Source: Patescibacteria group bacterium
GTDB lineage: Bacteria > Patescibacteriota > Minisyncoccia > Phycocordibacterales > JACOZG01
Direction of reading: 5' to 3'
DNA length: 64,000 bases
Assembly: GCA_038065495.1 (NCBI GenBank)
Contig: JBBTQW010000001.1
Location: forward strand, 44,137 to 108,136
In this document: piece by piece, positions 19,670-28,393 of the stretch
Layout of the letters: each line of letters begins with the position of its first letter
Numbering within the stretch: position 1 is the stretch's first letter
Translations under genes and position numbers: made by a program
The notes under the pieces: generated by a model
What the model was told of the DNA's origin: nothing
Database searches by the model: none
The model's input: only the letters and a program-made list of their open reading frames with translations

Positions 19670-19707
19670 AAAAAAAAATGCCCCCGAACAACAGCTGTTC
19701 GGGGGCA
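19670..19707 (-). terminator. Intrinsic terminator
   Basis: tgcccccgaaca/tgttcgggggca 12-bp stem plus T-tract on the minus strand. Confidence 0.75.
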
Positions 19708-19876
19708 GAAGGGATCATGTTTTGGCATCTGTTATCTTTGGGCCATCCTAGGGACAGCTTGCAGAGCGTGTCAGGCTCAATGATGCTCAACGATTGAATC
19801 CTTTCAATGGTTGGTCTCTACATTGTTTAGTGGCCGGCCACACAGTGTGGCCGGGTCGCTGCGCCGCCGAGGTTGA

Positions 19877-19990
19877 TCAGCTGCTGGCGTCGTCGCCGTC
19901 GTGCATCGTGATGTCGTGAGAACTCTGATAACAATTACGATGGGTGTTGACCGTGGCGAAATTGCCACCATAGTGATTCCGGACGAGCAT
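19877..19990 (-). CDS. Putative 37-aa orphan micro-protein
   Basis: AAGGAG-N6-ATG, MLVRNHYGG...DDASS; promoter TTGACA(20117)-N16-TATACT. Confidence 0.35.
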   Translation of the reverse strand: MLVRNHYGGNFATVNTHRNCYQSSHDITMHDGDDASS

Positions 19991-20158
19991 TTGAGGCTCC
20001 TTTGGTCCAAAACGTGGACCGGTAGAAAGAACTTGTCCCCTGTGACTGCGTGTGTCTCTCAAGACAACTCCTCCAATCACTCTACCCCCAGTATAGCAAG
20101 CCCACAGGATTTGTCAAGTGTTTTGGCAAGATCAAGAGTTTAAATAGCCGAAATACGC

Positions 20159-21145
20159 CTAACTAGAGCCGTTTTTTAGATACTCACTCACAATTTGCTC
20201 AACTTCTGAAGCGCTATTGGTGAGCATTAGCTTCTCACGCAGTTCTTTCGCTCCATCCCAGCCATTTACATACGCTTTATAGTGCTTCTTCATGATCGCG
20301 AAGCTTTTTATTTCTCCCAAAAGTTCAGCAAAAAGCTTAGTATGCTCCAGCATCACACGTAAACGTAACTCCCGCCCCTCGATTCCCCCGGGAAATTTAT
20401 TTTTGGAAAATAGAAATGGATTGCCGAAAATCGCTCGGCCGAGCATCGCGCCATCAGCGCCAGTTGTTGATACTTTTTCTCGCGCATCAGCTAAATCTTT
20501 CAGATCGCCATTGCCAATTATTAAACACGTGCTTCCCGAATTATTTCTAATCTCTACTGCTCTCTTCACTTCTTCCCAACGCGCCGGCACTTTCGACATT
20601 TCTTCGCGCGTGCGCGCGTGGATCGTGATAACCGCTGGCTCTTCAGCCAATAACTCTGGCAACCAGTTTTCTAGCTCATTATTTTTGTAACCCAATCTAG
20701 TTTTGACCGAAACCGGAATATTTTTACCAGCTAATGCTATCCCCTGTTTCGCTGATCTGATTAATTCGCGCGCGAGTTTGGGTGTTTTAATTAAAGCTGC
20801 GCCAGCGCCTTGCTTCTCAATACTCCGGTCCGGACAGCCCATATTAATATCCAAACCATCGAAACCCAGTTCCGCAATCAGCTTGCTTGCCTGCTCCATC
20901 TTGGCCGGCTTGCTTGTAAAAATCTGCGCCACGATTGGCCGCTCTTGTTCAGAATATTTGAGATCATGAAGCAAAACTTCCCGCCCCGGACTCATCAGGC
21001 CATCAGCGGAGACAAACTCCGTCCAGAGTACATCCGGTTTGCCATATTTGGTGATGATTCTTCTGAAAGCGCAGTCAGTCACATCCGCCATTGGCGCAAG
21101 GACGAAAAATGGCTTAGCCAAATCTTGCCAAAAATTTCCACTCAT
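20159..21145 (-). CDS. dus: tRNA-dihydrouridine synthase
   Basis: LAPMADVTD, DINMGCP, HART, GNGD, GRAIFGNP. Confidence 0.92.
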   Translation of the reverse strand: MSGNFWQDLAKPFFVLAPMADVTDCAFRRIITKYGKPDVLWTEFVSADGLMSPGREVLLHDLKYSEQERPIVAQIFTSKPAKMEQASKLIAELGFDGLDINMGCPDRSIEKQGAGAALIKTPKLARELIRSAKQGIALAGKNIPVSVKTRLGYKNNELENWLPELLAEEPAVITIHARTREEMSKVPARWEEVKRAVEIRNNSGSTCLIIGNGDLKDLADAREKVSTTGADGAMLGRAIFGNPFLFSKNKFPGGIEGRELRLRVMLEHTKLFAELLGEIKSFAIMKKHYKAYVNGWDGAKELREKLMLTNSASEVEQIVSEYLKNGSS

Positions 21146-21157
21146 ACTTAATCAAGT

Positions 21158-22042
21158 TTAATTAGCAAATTTATAAAAAACTTTCCCCGGGAAGCGTAAA
21201 TCAAGATATTCTAACTCTTGCTTATTCTTTTGCGCTATTTGATATTCTGTAACAAAATCCGGCGCGAGCAGAGCCGCTTGCAGAGTTAAATTTAATTCAC
21301 TACTCACCTGTTCCAGATTAGCCAAAACTGTGAGTGGCCGAGAGAGCGTATCAGCCGCGCGCGTGGCCGTCAAACGATAATCGCTAGCGCTATTCGCCAC
21401 CAGTTCGCTAATCGCCAAGCCAGATAGAATCGTCTGACTGAACGTGTGATTGAGCGTCGTGATTAAATTAGTGATTTGGGTAAAGTTTTGGACCGAAAAT
21501 GGTCGCGTGTTGAGCGCAAGATTTGGGCCTGATGTGGTAAATCTGACAAAAGATTCGCCGGAGAAAACTGGTGCCGGCGCAAAGGCCAGACCAGACTGAT
21601 CGAGCAAGAAACAGATTTGTGGCTGATCACTACCACACCAGAGATATTGCCCGCGCCGCTCGGCCACAACAATCTTGATCGTTGTAAAGTTCTCGCGTGA
21701 GATTTGCGCTGACTCTAGGGTTGGGAATTGCGCGAGCAAGGCTTGCGCGAGCGCCCGCCGCGGATACCACAGGGCATTGCGCCGTGGTAGCACGAACAAA
21801 TAATCACCGGCGAGAAATTCTTGCGTGGCTTGATCTAAAATATCCTGACTCACTGTTTCTTGACCAGCGATCTGGACTTGGCTGATGAGCAAACGCGAGT
21901 GATTGGCAAAAATAATAAAATCAGCAAGCAGCGCGAGAGCGAGCAACAGCCACAGGCTAGAGCGCCAGAGGCGCTCGCGCTGGCGCCGCGCCAGCGCTTG
22001 CTCGCTAAAAATCGCTTTCTTACTTTGCCGGGCGGCACTCAT
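21158..22042 (-). CDS. FtsQ/DivIB-like cell division protein
   Basis: Basic N-terminus, single TM, POTRA-like region, C-terminal YLDLRF. Confidence 0.65.
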   Translation of the reverse strand: MSAARQSKKAIFSEQALARRQRERLWRSSLWLLLALALLADFIIFANHSRLLISQVQIAGQETVSQDILDQATQEFLAGDYLFVLPRRNALWYPRRALAQALLAQFPTLESAQISRENFTTIKIVVAERRGQYLWCGSDQPQICFLLDQSGLAFAPAPVFSGESFVRFTTSGPNLALNTRPFSVQNFTQITNLITTLNHTFSQTILSGLAISELVANSASDYRLTATRAADTLSRPLTVLANLEQVSSELNLTLQAALLAPDFVTEYQIAQKNKQELEYLDLRFPGKVFYKFAN

Positions 22043-24510
22043 GCGTTAGTACTAGTTTGCAAACTCAAAGTGCCAGCGAGCCAAGTGGCGCTCGCGCCCG
22101 GCTTGAGCCGACCACTGATAATGGCATCGGCCACCGCTTGCTCTACGTGATCTTGAATATAACGCGCCATTGGCCGAGCGCCAAAGAGCGGATCACTACC
22201 CTTCTGCACCACTTCGGCCACCAATTCTGGCGTGACTTGGAAAGCGATCCCCTGCTCGCGCAAGCGCAGAACTAATTTCTCTAGCTGGAGCTTAGCCACT
22301 TGCGCTAGATTCTGCTCGCTAAGCGGCTGGAAGATCACAACTTCATCAAATCGGTTCAGCAATTCTGGACGGAAAATGCCCGCCTGCACGATTTGATTGA
22401 TTAGTTCAGCCCGCATCGTGCTGGGATCACGCTTAGCTCTGATCATTTGCCAAATAATTTCGGCGCCGGCATTGGACGTAGCCAAGAAAACGATATTTCG
22501 CGCATTAACTCTCCGACCCAACATATCAGAAAAGTAGCCTTCGTCGAGAATTTGCAAAAATAAATTCAGCACGTCTTTGTTAGTCTTTTCAAATTCATCC
22601 AAGAGCAAGACGCCATAAGGATTCTGGCGCAAAAGCTTGGCGAGTAGGCCAGGTTTACCATCGCTAAACGAGCCGATCAAGCGCGAGAGTGACTCGGCGG
22701 ATTGATACTCGCTCATATCCAGGCGCATCATCGCCTCCTCGCGGCCAAAGAGTACCCGCGCCAAGGCTTTGGCCGTTTCCGTCTTACCCACGCCAGTGGA
22801 GCCGAGGAACAAGAACGAGCCAATCGGGCGTTTCTCGTTCCGCACACCCGCGCGAGCTCGTCTTAGAGCCTCACTAATCGCCGCGAGCGCTGTCTCCTGG
22901 CCAATTACTTGCTTTTTCAGCTCTGTTTCTAGACCCAATAACTTAGCCTGTTCCGGCGCGGCAATCGGACCGAGCGGAATGCCGGTCTTCTCTTGCACAA
23001 AAGTGAGCACTTCATCGCGTTCGATTATTCTCGTCTCTCTCCCCGCTTCTCGCTCATGATTTATCACCCACGGCACAATTTCCGTCAGCAGATCCAACGC
23101 CTGATCAGAAATATTCTCAGACGGAAAATAGCGTTCCGCACTGGTGATTAGTGCTGTTAGTGCCTGATAAGTAAAAAAGATTTGTGACTTATTTTTTGAC
23201 TCTAAATCAACCGCCTGCGTTTCTAGAATTTTTATCAATCTAGTTTGATCAATAGTGGCGACTAATAATTGCTCAAAGCGTTGCAAGAGCGTGTCGCGTG
23301 TTTCTAACTCCCGATGGAAGAGTTCACGATCAGCGAGTGCTACTACCATCAGCGCCGGCGAGATGAGAAACTGATCAAGTAAAGCCGTGATGTTACTGCC
23401 TAAGCGTTCGGCCCCAGCCAGCAAAGCGGGCAAGTCGTCGATAATCAGAATAATATTGCCGGCGCTGATAGCCTCACTCAAGAGCTTGAACAATTCCCGC
23501 TCCAGCAGCTCCCGCTCGCGGAAGGCGGCCAAGAAGAGCGCGGTGTGGAAGAGTATTGGCCGGCGATGTTCCAAGCCGGGCGGCACCGCGCCCAGCGCGA
23601 GCTCGCGCACCAGTTCCCACACAATATCTAGCTTGCCGGAGCCAGCCTCGCCCACCACCAGCGCATTGGCCTCCGCCGAGCGCAAGAGAATAGTGGCGAG
23701 CCGCCGCGCCTCGGCGCGGCGGGCACTGGTGCCCGCGGCCAGCGTGGCCGTGGGCTCGCCCGCGAGCAAGTCCTCGCTGTAGCGGAGCAAGGTCGGCACT
23801 TGGCCATAAGACCAAGTCTTGGCCAAGCCCGGGATGCGCTCTAAGTGCTCGCGACTCCACCAACGCTCGGCTCGCGCTCGCGCTTCGATCTCATTCACGA
23901 TCCACTCCACAGCGCCATCAAGTTCCGCGATTTTAATATTTAAGCTAAATAGCCACTTGCTAAAACTCTCATCATGCTGGTAGAGCCAGTCGGCCAAGCG
24001 GCGCAAAGTGAGCGCCTCTGCGCCGCCCAGTTCTAGTTTGACCACTGTTTGTAAATTAGCGTCGCGTTGCTGGAGAAAGCTCGCAATTTGCTGGTAACTC
24101 ACGCCCAAGCGTTGCATCACAGCGAGACCAGTTGAGGAAGTTAAGAAAGCGCTCCAGACATCATCATTTTTTAACTTAAACAAAATCCGGCCAACGGTGA
24201 AAGTAAACAGATCTGCGCGATGATAATTATTATCCAGAATATTGTCGTAATAATAAGAACGGAAAAAGCACTCTATTAAATAGACTAGTAGAGTTAGTGC
24301 CAGCGTGATCATCGCCAAGCCAATCCAGCGTGAGAGAGCGACAGCGCCGCCTTGCCACCAAGCGTGAGCGAGCAACAAAATCAGACCAAGCGCGAGCAAT
24401 TTGCCAACAAACAACAAAATATTCCGCGCACGACGGGAGATTAATTCTTCCAGCAACAAAACTGGATAGAGACGACTCAAACGAATTTTATCAGCAAGGG
24501 TAGAGGGCAT
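22039..24510 (-). CDS. Membrane-anchored ClpA/ClpB-like AAA+ ATPase
   Basis: Two N-terminal TMs; D1 GEAGSGK, D2 GSTGVGKTETAK, RLDMSEY, LDEFEK, FRPELLNR, FGARP. Confidence 0.8.
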   Translation of the reverse strand: MPSTLADKIRLSRLYPVLLLEELISRRARNILLFVGKLLALGLILLLAHAWWQGGAVALSRWIGLAMITLALTLLVYLIECFFRSYYYDNILDNNYHRADLFTFTVGRILFKLKNDDVWSAFLTSSTGLAVMQRLGVSYQQIASFLQQRDANLQTVVKLELGGAEALTLRRLADWLYQHDESFSKWLFSLNIKIAELDGAVEWIVNEIEARARAERWWSREHLERIPGLAKTWSYGQVPTLLRYSEDLLAGEPTATLAAGTSARRAEARRLATILLRSAEANALVVGEAGSGKLDIVWELVRELALGAVPPGLEHRRPILFHTALFLAAFRERELLERELFKLLSEAISAGNIILIIDDLPALLAGAERLGSNITALLDQFLISPALMVVALADRELFHRELETRDTLLQRFEQLLVATIDQTRLIKILETQAVDLESKNKSQIFFTYQALTALITSAERYFPSENISDQALDLLTEIVPWVINHEREAGRETRIIERDEVLTFVQEKTGIPLGPIAAPEQAKLLGLETELKKQVIGQETALAAISEALRRARAGVRNEKRPIGSFLFLGSTGVGKTETAKALARVLFGREEAMMRLDMSEYQSAESLSRLIGSFSDGKPGLLAKLLRQNPYGVLLLDEFEKTNKDVLNLFLQILDEGYFSDMLGRRVNARNIVFLATSNAGAEIIWQMIRAKRDPSTMRAELINQIVQAGIFRPELLNRFDEVVIFQPLSEQNLAQVAKLQLEKLVLRLREQGIAFQVTPELVAEVVQKGSDPLFGARPMARYIQDHVEQAVADAIISGRLKPGASATWLAGTLSLQTSTNA

Positions 24511-24516
24511 GATTTT

Positions 24517-24906
24517 TTATTTAAACAACAAGGCTAGACCCAAAACTAAAGCCAAAATAATAATCAACGGCAAAACCAGCCATAGAATTAAAGTAACTGA
24601 GCCGAGCAAAATTACTAATAAATAAACCAAACCACCGAACACGAGCATAATTATTCTGATCACAGCGCCAACCAAACGCATGAGAGAATTGATGAAGAAA
24701 GTCGCAAGCGTAGCGCCGAGATTAAAGCGCGCTGGATAAACTTCGCCCAACCTCTTCCACGGCGCTAATAAAGTTCTGGCTAAAACTGAGATTGAGAAAA
24801 AGTGATAAATAAACCAGAGATAATTGCCCCAGATCACGACCAAATCGCGCCAGGCTAGGGTGTAATGCCACCAGAGATACTCAAACGGTAGGGCCAATAA
24901 CGGCAT
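24517..24906 (-). CDS. Conserved-looking membrane protein upstream of the Clp ATPase
   Basis: WWHY, FFSISVLARTLLAPWKR, hydrophobic C-terminus. Confidence 0.65.
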   Translation of the reverse strand: MPLLALPFEYLWWHYTLAWRDLVVIWGNYLWFIYHFFSISVLARTLLAPWKRLGEVYPARFNLGATLATFFINSLMRLVGAVIRIIMLVFGGLVYLLVILLGSVTLILWLVLPLIIILALVLGLALLFK

Positions 24907-26143
24907 AGCCTAAATATTTTGCTAAAGCCTCTGGCAACTTAATGCTGCCGTCAGCTTGTTGATAATTCTCGATCAGTGAGACCAAAATTCTTGGCGTCGG
25001 TATAGCCGTGCTATTGAGCGAGTGCGCATATTTTAACTTCCCATCTTCTCCATCGCGATAACGGATATTCAATCTTCTCGTCTGGAAATCATGGAAATAA
25101 GAAGCCGAACTAATCTCGCGATATTTGCCCTCCAGTGGCACCCACAGTTCAATGTCATATTTCTTCACCTGACCCAAACCAAGATCGCCACCGCAGTTCA
25201 CCACCGTGCGATACGGAATGCCGAGCAACTCAATAAATTCTTCCGTATTTCTATTCAGCGCCTCATGCTCTTGCACGGATAAATTGTGATCGGCGGCGCA
25301 GAGCGTGACTTGTTCTAGTTTGTAAAATTCATGAACTCTAATCAAGCCTTTCACATCACGGCTGTGGCTGCCCGCTTCTCTGCGAAAGCACGGCGAGAAG
25401 GCTAAATATTTTACCGGCAAATCAGCTAGTTCTAAAATCTCATCTCCATGCAAGCCCATCGTGGCCACTTCGGCAGTTCCCGCAAGATAATCTGCATCTT
25501 GCGTTTTATACAAGTCCTCTTCGCTCTGCGGCAAAAAGCCCGTGCCCAGCAAATTCTCACGCTTCACCAGCGACGGTACAATAATTGGCGTAAAACCTTT
25601 CTGACTAAAGAAGTCCAGCGCCATTCGCCAGATCGCCATAGAGAGCGTGACGCCAGCGTTCTTGAGAACATAACCTCGGAAACCCGCTACTTTCGTGCCA
25701 CGTTCTAGATCAAGCAAGTTTAATTTAGTCATCAGCTCAATGTGATCTTTGGGAGTAAAATCAAACTTTGGCTTCTCGCCCCAAGTTTTGATCTCCTGAT
25801 TGTCAGCATCGCTCTCACCGTCCGGCACAGAAATATCCGGAATATTCGGCACTTGCAACATCAGCTTCTGCCAGCTTGTCATCAATTCTCGCAGCGCTTC
25901 TTCGCCAGTTTTGAACTTCACTTTCAACTCTTTTAATTTTTCCAAAAGTTCTGGGGTTTTATTTCTGGCCAATTCTTCGCCCAGTTTATTCTGTTCAGAT
26001 CTAAGCGCTTGCACTTCTTGCATCAGTTTTAACCGCTCGTCATCTATTTTCAGTAAATCTTCAACGTTAAAATCCACACGCTTCTTCTTAGCCGCGGCAC
26101 GCACCAGATCAGCATTTTCCCGAATAAACTTGATGTCTAGCAT
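24881..26143 (-). CDS. serS: Serine--tRNA ligase
   Basis: MLDIKFIREN, GTAEV, CFRREAGS, EISSAS, DFQTRR. Confidence 0.97.
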   Translation of the reverse strand: MLDIKFIRENADLVRAAAKKKRVDFNVEDLLKIDDERLKLMQEVQALRSEQNKLGEELARNKTPELLEKLKELKVKFKTGEEALRELMTSWQKLMLQVPNIPDISVPDGESDADNQEIKTWGEKPKFDFTPKDHIELMTKLNLLDLERGTKVAGFRGYVLKNAGVTLSMAIWRMALDFFSQKGFTPIIVPSLVKRENLLGTGFLPQSEEDLYKTQDADYLAGTAEVATMGLHGDEILELADLPVKYLAFSPCFRREAGSHSRDVKGLIRVHEFYKLEQVTLCAADHNLSVQEHEALNRNTEEFIELLGIPYRTVVNCGGDLGLGQVKKYDIELWVPLEGKYREISSASYFHDFQTRRLNIRYRDGEDGKLKYAHSLNSTAIPTPRILVSLIENYQQADGSIKLPEALAKYLGYAVIGPTV

Positions 26144-26221
26144 GTTAAATAAAATTATAACAAAAAAACGCCTCATCTCACAATCAAGTGGGACAAGGCG
26201 TGGCGGACGACAAAACAGAAC

Positions 26222-26545
26222 TTAATCGAATTTGGACTTTAGTGCCTTCTTCAATCGTTCGAAATCTCCATTACTCAAGGGATTGCCCTCACTTTGTTCC
26301 GGGCAATTGTACAAGCGAAGCACGAAAGCATCGGCTTGCGATTTGACCAAATCGAGCTCAGCAATCAACTTTCTAGTCAAAACCTTGAGACGACTCGCAG
26401 TACCAACTCCCATGTTTGGCTTATCAGCCCGACCAAAGCGAAAACGGAAACGAGCTTCCACACTCGGATCTTCAGAAATTATTACCCGAATCACATTAGC
26501 TCGAGCAATTTCAATTTCCGTTAGTTCAGCAAACTCTCGAATCAT
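26222..26545 (-). CDS. Orphan hypothetical protein (cassette type)
   Basis: SD GGGAGG; terminator at about 26162-26201. Confidence 0.55.
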   Translation of the reverse strand: MIREFAELTEIEIARANVIRVIISEDPSVEARFRFRFGRADKPNMGVGTASRLKVLTRKLIAELDLVKSQADAFVLRLYNCPEQSEGNPLSNGDFERLKKALKSKFD

Positions 26546-26600
26546 ATGATCCTCCCATGTTTAGAGACCAAGTCCATTCTAATGCTACAATATTCCGCAC

Positions 26601-27467
26601 ATGAGCACAATCAAGCGCTTATCCCCAAGCCAGTTTCCGTCACTTCTGCGCGAAATTAATGACCCGCCGAAAGAGCTATATTTAGAAGGCAAATTGCCGG
26701 ACGCCAGTTTTATTTATCTCACGATCGTTGGCTCGCGCAAATATTCTAGTTACGGCCGAGAAGCTTGTGAGAAAGTTATTGCCGAACTAGCTGGCTATCC
26801 CGTCGCGATTATTTCTGGCTTGGCGGTGGGAATAGACACGATTGCGCATCAAGCAGCACTCCAAGCTGGCTTGCCCACCGTGGCGATCCCGGGTTCGGGC
26901 TTGGGCCGGAATGTGCTCCATCCCAGTTCTAATAAAAAACTCGCTGATGAAATCATAGAAGCCGGTGGCGCGCTCTTGAGTGAATTCCCGCCCGATTATC
27001 CAGCTGGCTTACACACTTTCCCACGCCGAAATAGAATCATGGCTGGCCTCGCGAAAGCTGTGCTGATAGTAGAAGCCGGCGACAAAAGTGGCACGCTGAT
27101 CACAGCGAAATTAGCAACAGATTATAATCGCGACGTCCTCGCCATCCCGGGCTCAATCTTCTCAGCCGGCTCGCTGGGCACGAATAATTTGATCAAGCTT
27201 GGCGCGACGCCGGTTTGCTCGGGTCGTGATTTGCTGATTGGTTTGGGTTTTGACTTACCTGACGAATATGGCCAGCAGAAATTAAATTTAGAGAGTTTAA
27301 CTAAATCAGAACAGAAAGTTTATGAAATCCTAAAGATCGAACCCCTCCCGCGCGACGAATTGATCCGGAATCTCAATCTGCCAATTAGTGAAGCAAATGT
27401 GCTACTAGCGATGATGGAAATTAAGGGAATTATCAAAGAGATGATGGGAGAATTACGGGTGGGGTGA
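26601..27467 (+). CDS. dprA: DNA processing protein DprA
   Basis: IVGSRK, SGLAVGID, FPRRNRIMAGL, SGTLITA, C-terminal winged helix. Confidence 0.95.
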   Translation: MSTIKRLSPSQFPSLLREINDPPKELYLEGKLPDASFIYLTIVGSRKYSSYGREACEKVIAELAGYPVAIISGLAVGIDTIAHQAALQAGLPTVAIPGSGLGRNVLHPSSNKKLADEIIEAGGALLSEFPPDYPAGLHTFPRRNRIMAGLAKAVLIVEAGDKSGTLITAKLATDYNRDVLAIPGSIFSAGSLGTNNLIKLGATPVCSGRDLLIGLGFDLPDEYGQQKLNLESLTKSEQKVYEILKIEPLPRDELIRNLNLPISEANVLLAMMEIKGIIKEMMGELRVG

Positions 27468-27538
27468 GAAATAAAAAAACCCCGCACCATTTCTGGTTTG
27501 GGGTCTTACGAACAGTTCTTGAAGACCAGGGTCGTCTC

Positions 27539-27838
27539 CTAAGCTGGCCAATCCCTGCTGTATGGAGTGGTCATGATCCGCATTGTCTCCCGAGGATCTC
27601 TGGAGAGAATGTGATGACAGGACCGATCATCCAAGAAACCAAACTTGTGGTAGTCTCCCAAGACCATTTGGTCAACCTCGGAGTAGAATGCAAGCGCGCT
27701 GGCGGCAACTTTTTTCAGAACATGTTCGATTCTTGTGCCATCGGGCAGATCGAGCACCTGCATTCTGGGGAAATCGTCCTCCTTAGTAACAACGCCATCA
27801 CCGATGTAAAGGGGGCGATAAACCAATTTAACCTTCAT
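27539..27838 (-). CDS. Orphan hypothetical protein (cassette type)
   Basis: SD AAGGAG, TTGACA-N17-TATACT, leader GCACTTTGACAA, terminator at about 27472-27504. Confidence 0.6.
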   Translation of the reverse strand: MKVKLVYRPLYIGDGVVTKEDDFPRMQVLDLPDGTRIEHVLKKVAASALAFYSEVDQMVLGDYHKFGFLDDRSCHHILSRDPRETMRIMTTPYSRDWPA

Positions 27839-27966
27839 GGATTTTCTCCTTCCGGCCTTTTGGGGCCAAAAATAAGGTTATTTCTTGTCAAAGTGCTACG
27901 ATAGCACCTCAACCCCCAGTATAGCAAATTGCGGTTTATTTGTCAAGTATTATAACTCACCCCCAG

Positions 27967-27994
27967 CCCCCTCTCTTAATTTAAGAGAGGGGGC
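27967..27994. repeat. Perfect GC-rich hairpin (REP-like or bidirectional terminator)
   Basis: ccccctctctta/taagagaggggg. Confidence 0.5.
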
Positions 27995-28043
27995 GAGATG
28001 TTAGAAATTTGACAAAAAAGTAGCTCATGCTAAACTTTCCCAA

Positions 28044-28215
28044 GTTCACACCAGCTGGTAGTCCCTTGACCCCGACGCGTCCGCCGATAACCGCAAGCTT
28101 GGTTTCGGCGTCCGAGGCGACCCGTAGCGTTCGGGAGCCGGCCACGAAAAGTGGTTGGCTCGAGCCCGAGAAAATATCGGATACGTCGGGAAGCATTTTG
28201 GGGATTTCCGTGAAC
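28044..28215 (+). ncRNA. Putative stand-alone structured small RNA, family unidentified
   Basis: Own TTGACA(28009)-N16-TAAACT promoter and terminator; nested helices gttcac/gtgaac, cccgacgcgtccg/cggatacgtcggg, gagccggccac-gaaaa-gtggttggctc. Confidence 0.65.
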
Positions 28216-28216
28216 A

Positions 28217-28255
28217 CAGTTTGCATTGGTACTCACTGATGCAAACTGTTTTTTT
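28217..28255 (+). terminator. Intrinsic terminator of the putative sRNA
   Basis: cagtttgcat...atgcaaactg followed by T7. Confidence 0.8.
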
Positions 28256-28312
28256 ATTTCTCACAAATTTGCAACTTGTTAACAATCTGTGCTACTAATG
28301 TAACTTAAGATG

Positions 28313-28393
28313 ATCCCGTTAGAAGTAACTCTTTCTACTTTCGTAACGGAAAAACAAAATTAAAAATTAATATTCTTAAACTTCTAACGGGAT
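28313..28393. mobile_element. MITE-like element with 14-bp terminal inverted repeats at the topA start
   Basis: atcccgttagaagt / acttctaacgggat around an AT-rich core; half copy ttctaacgggat at 6539-6550. Confidence 0.5.

Noticed and set aside
27981-28285. Four short ORFs over the GC-rich intergenic region
   Set aside because: No SD or protein-like features; better explained by the structured RNA.
28313-28393. Integron attC site (GTTAGAA/TTCTAAC)
   Set aside because: The core sites are in the reverse order to attC, and no integrase or cassette array is present.
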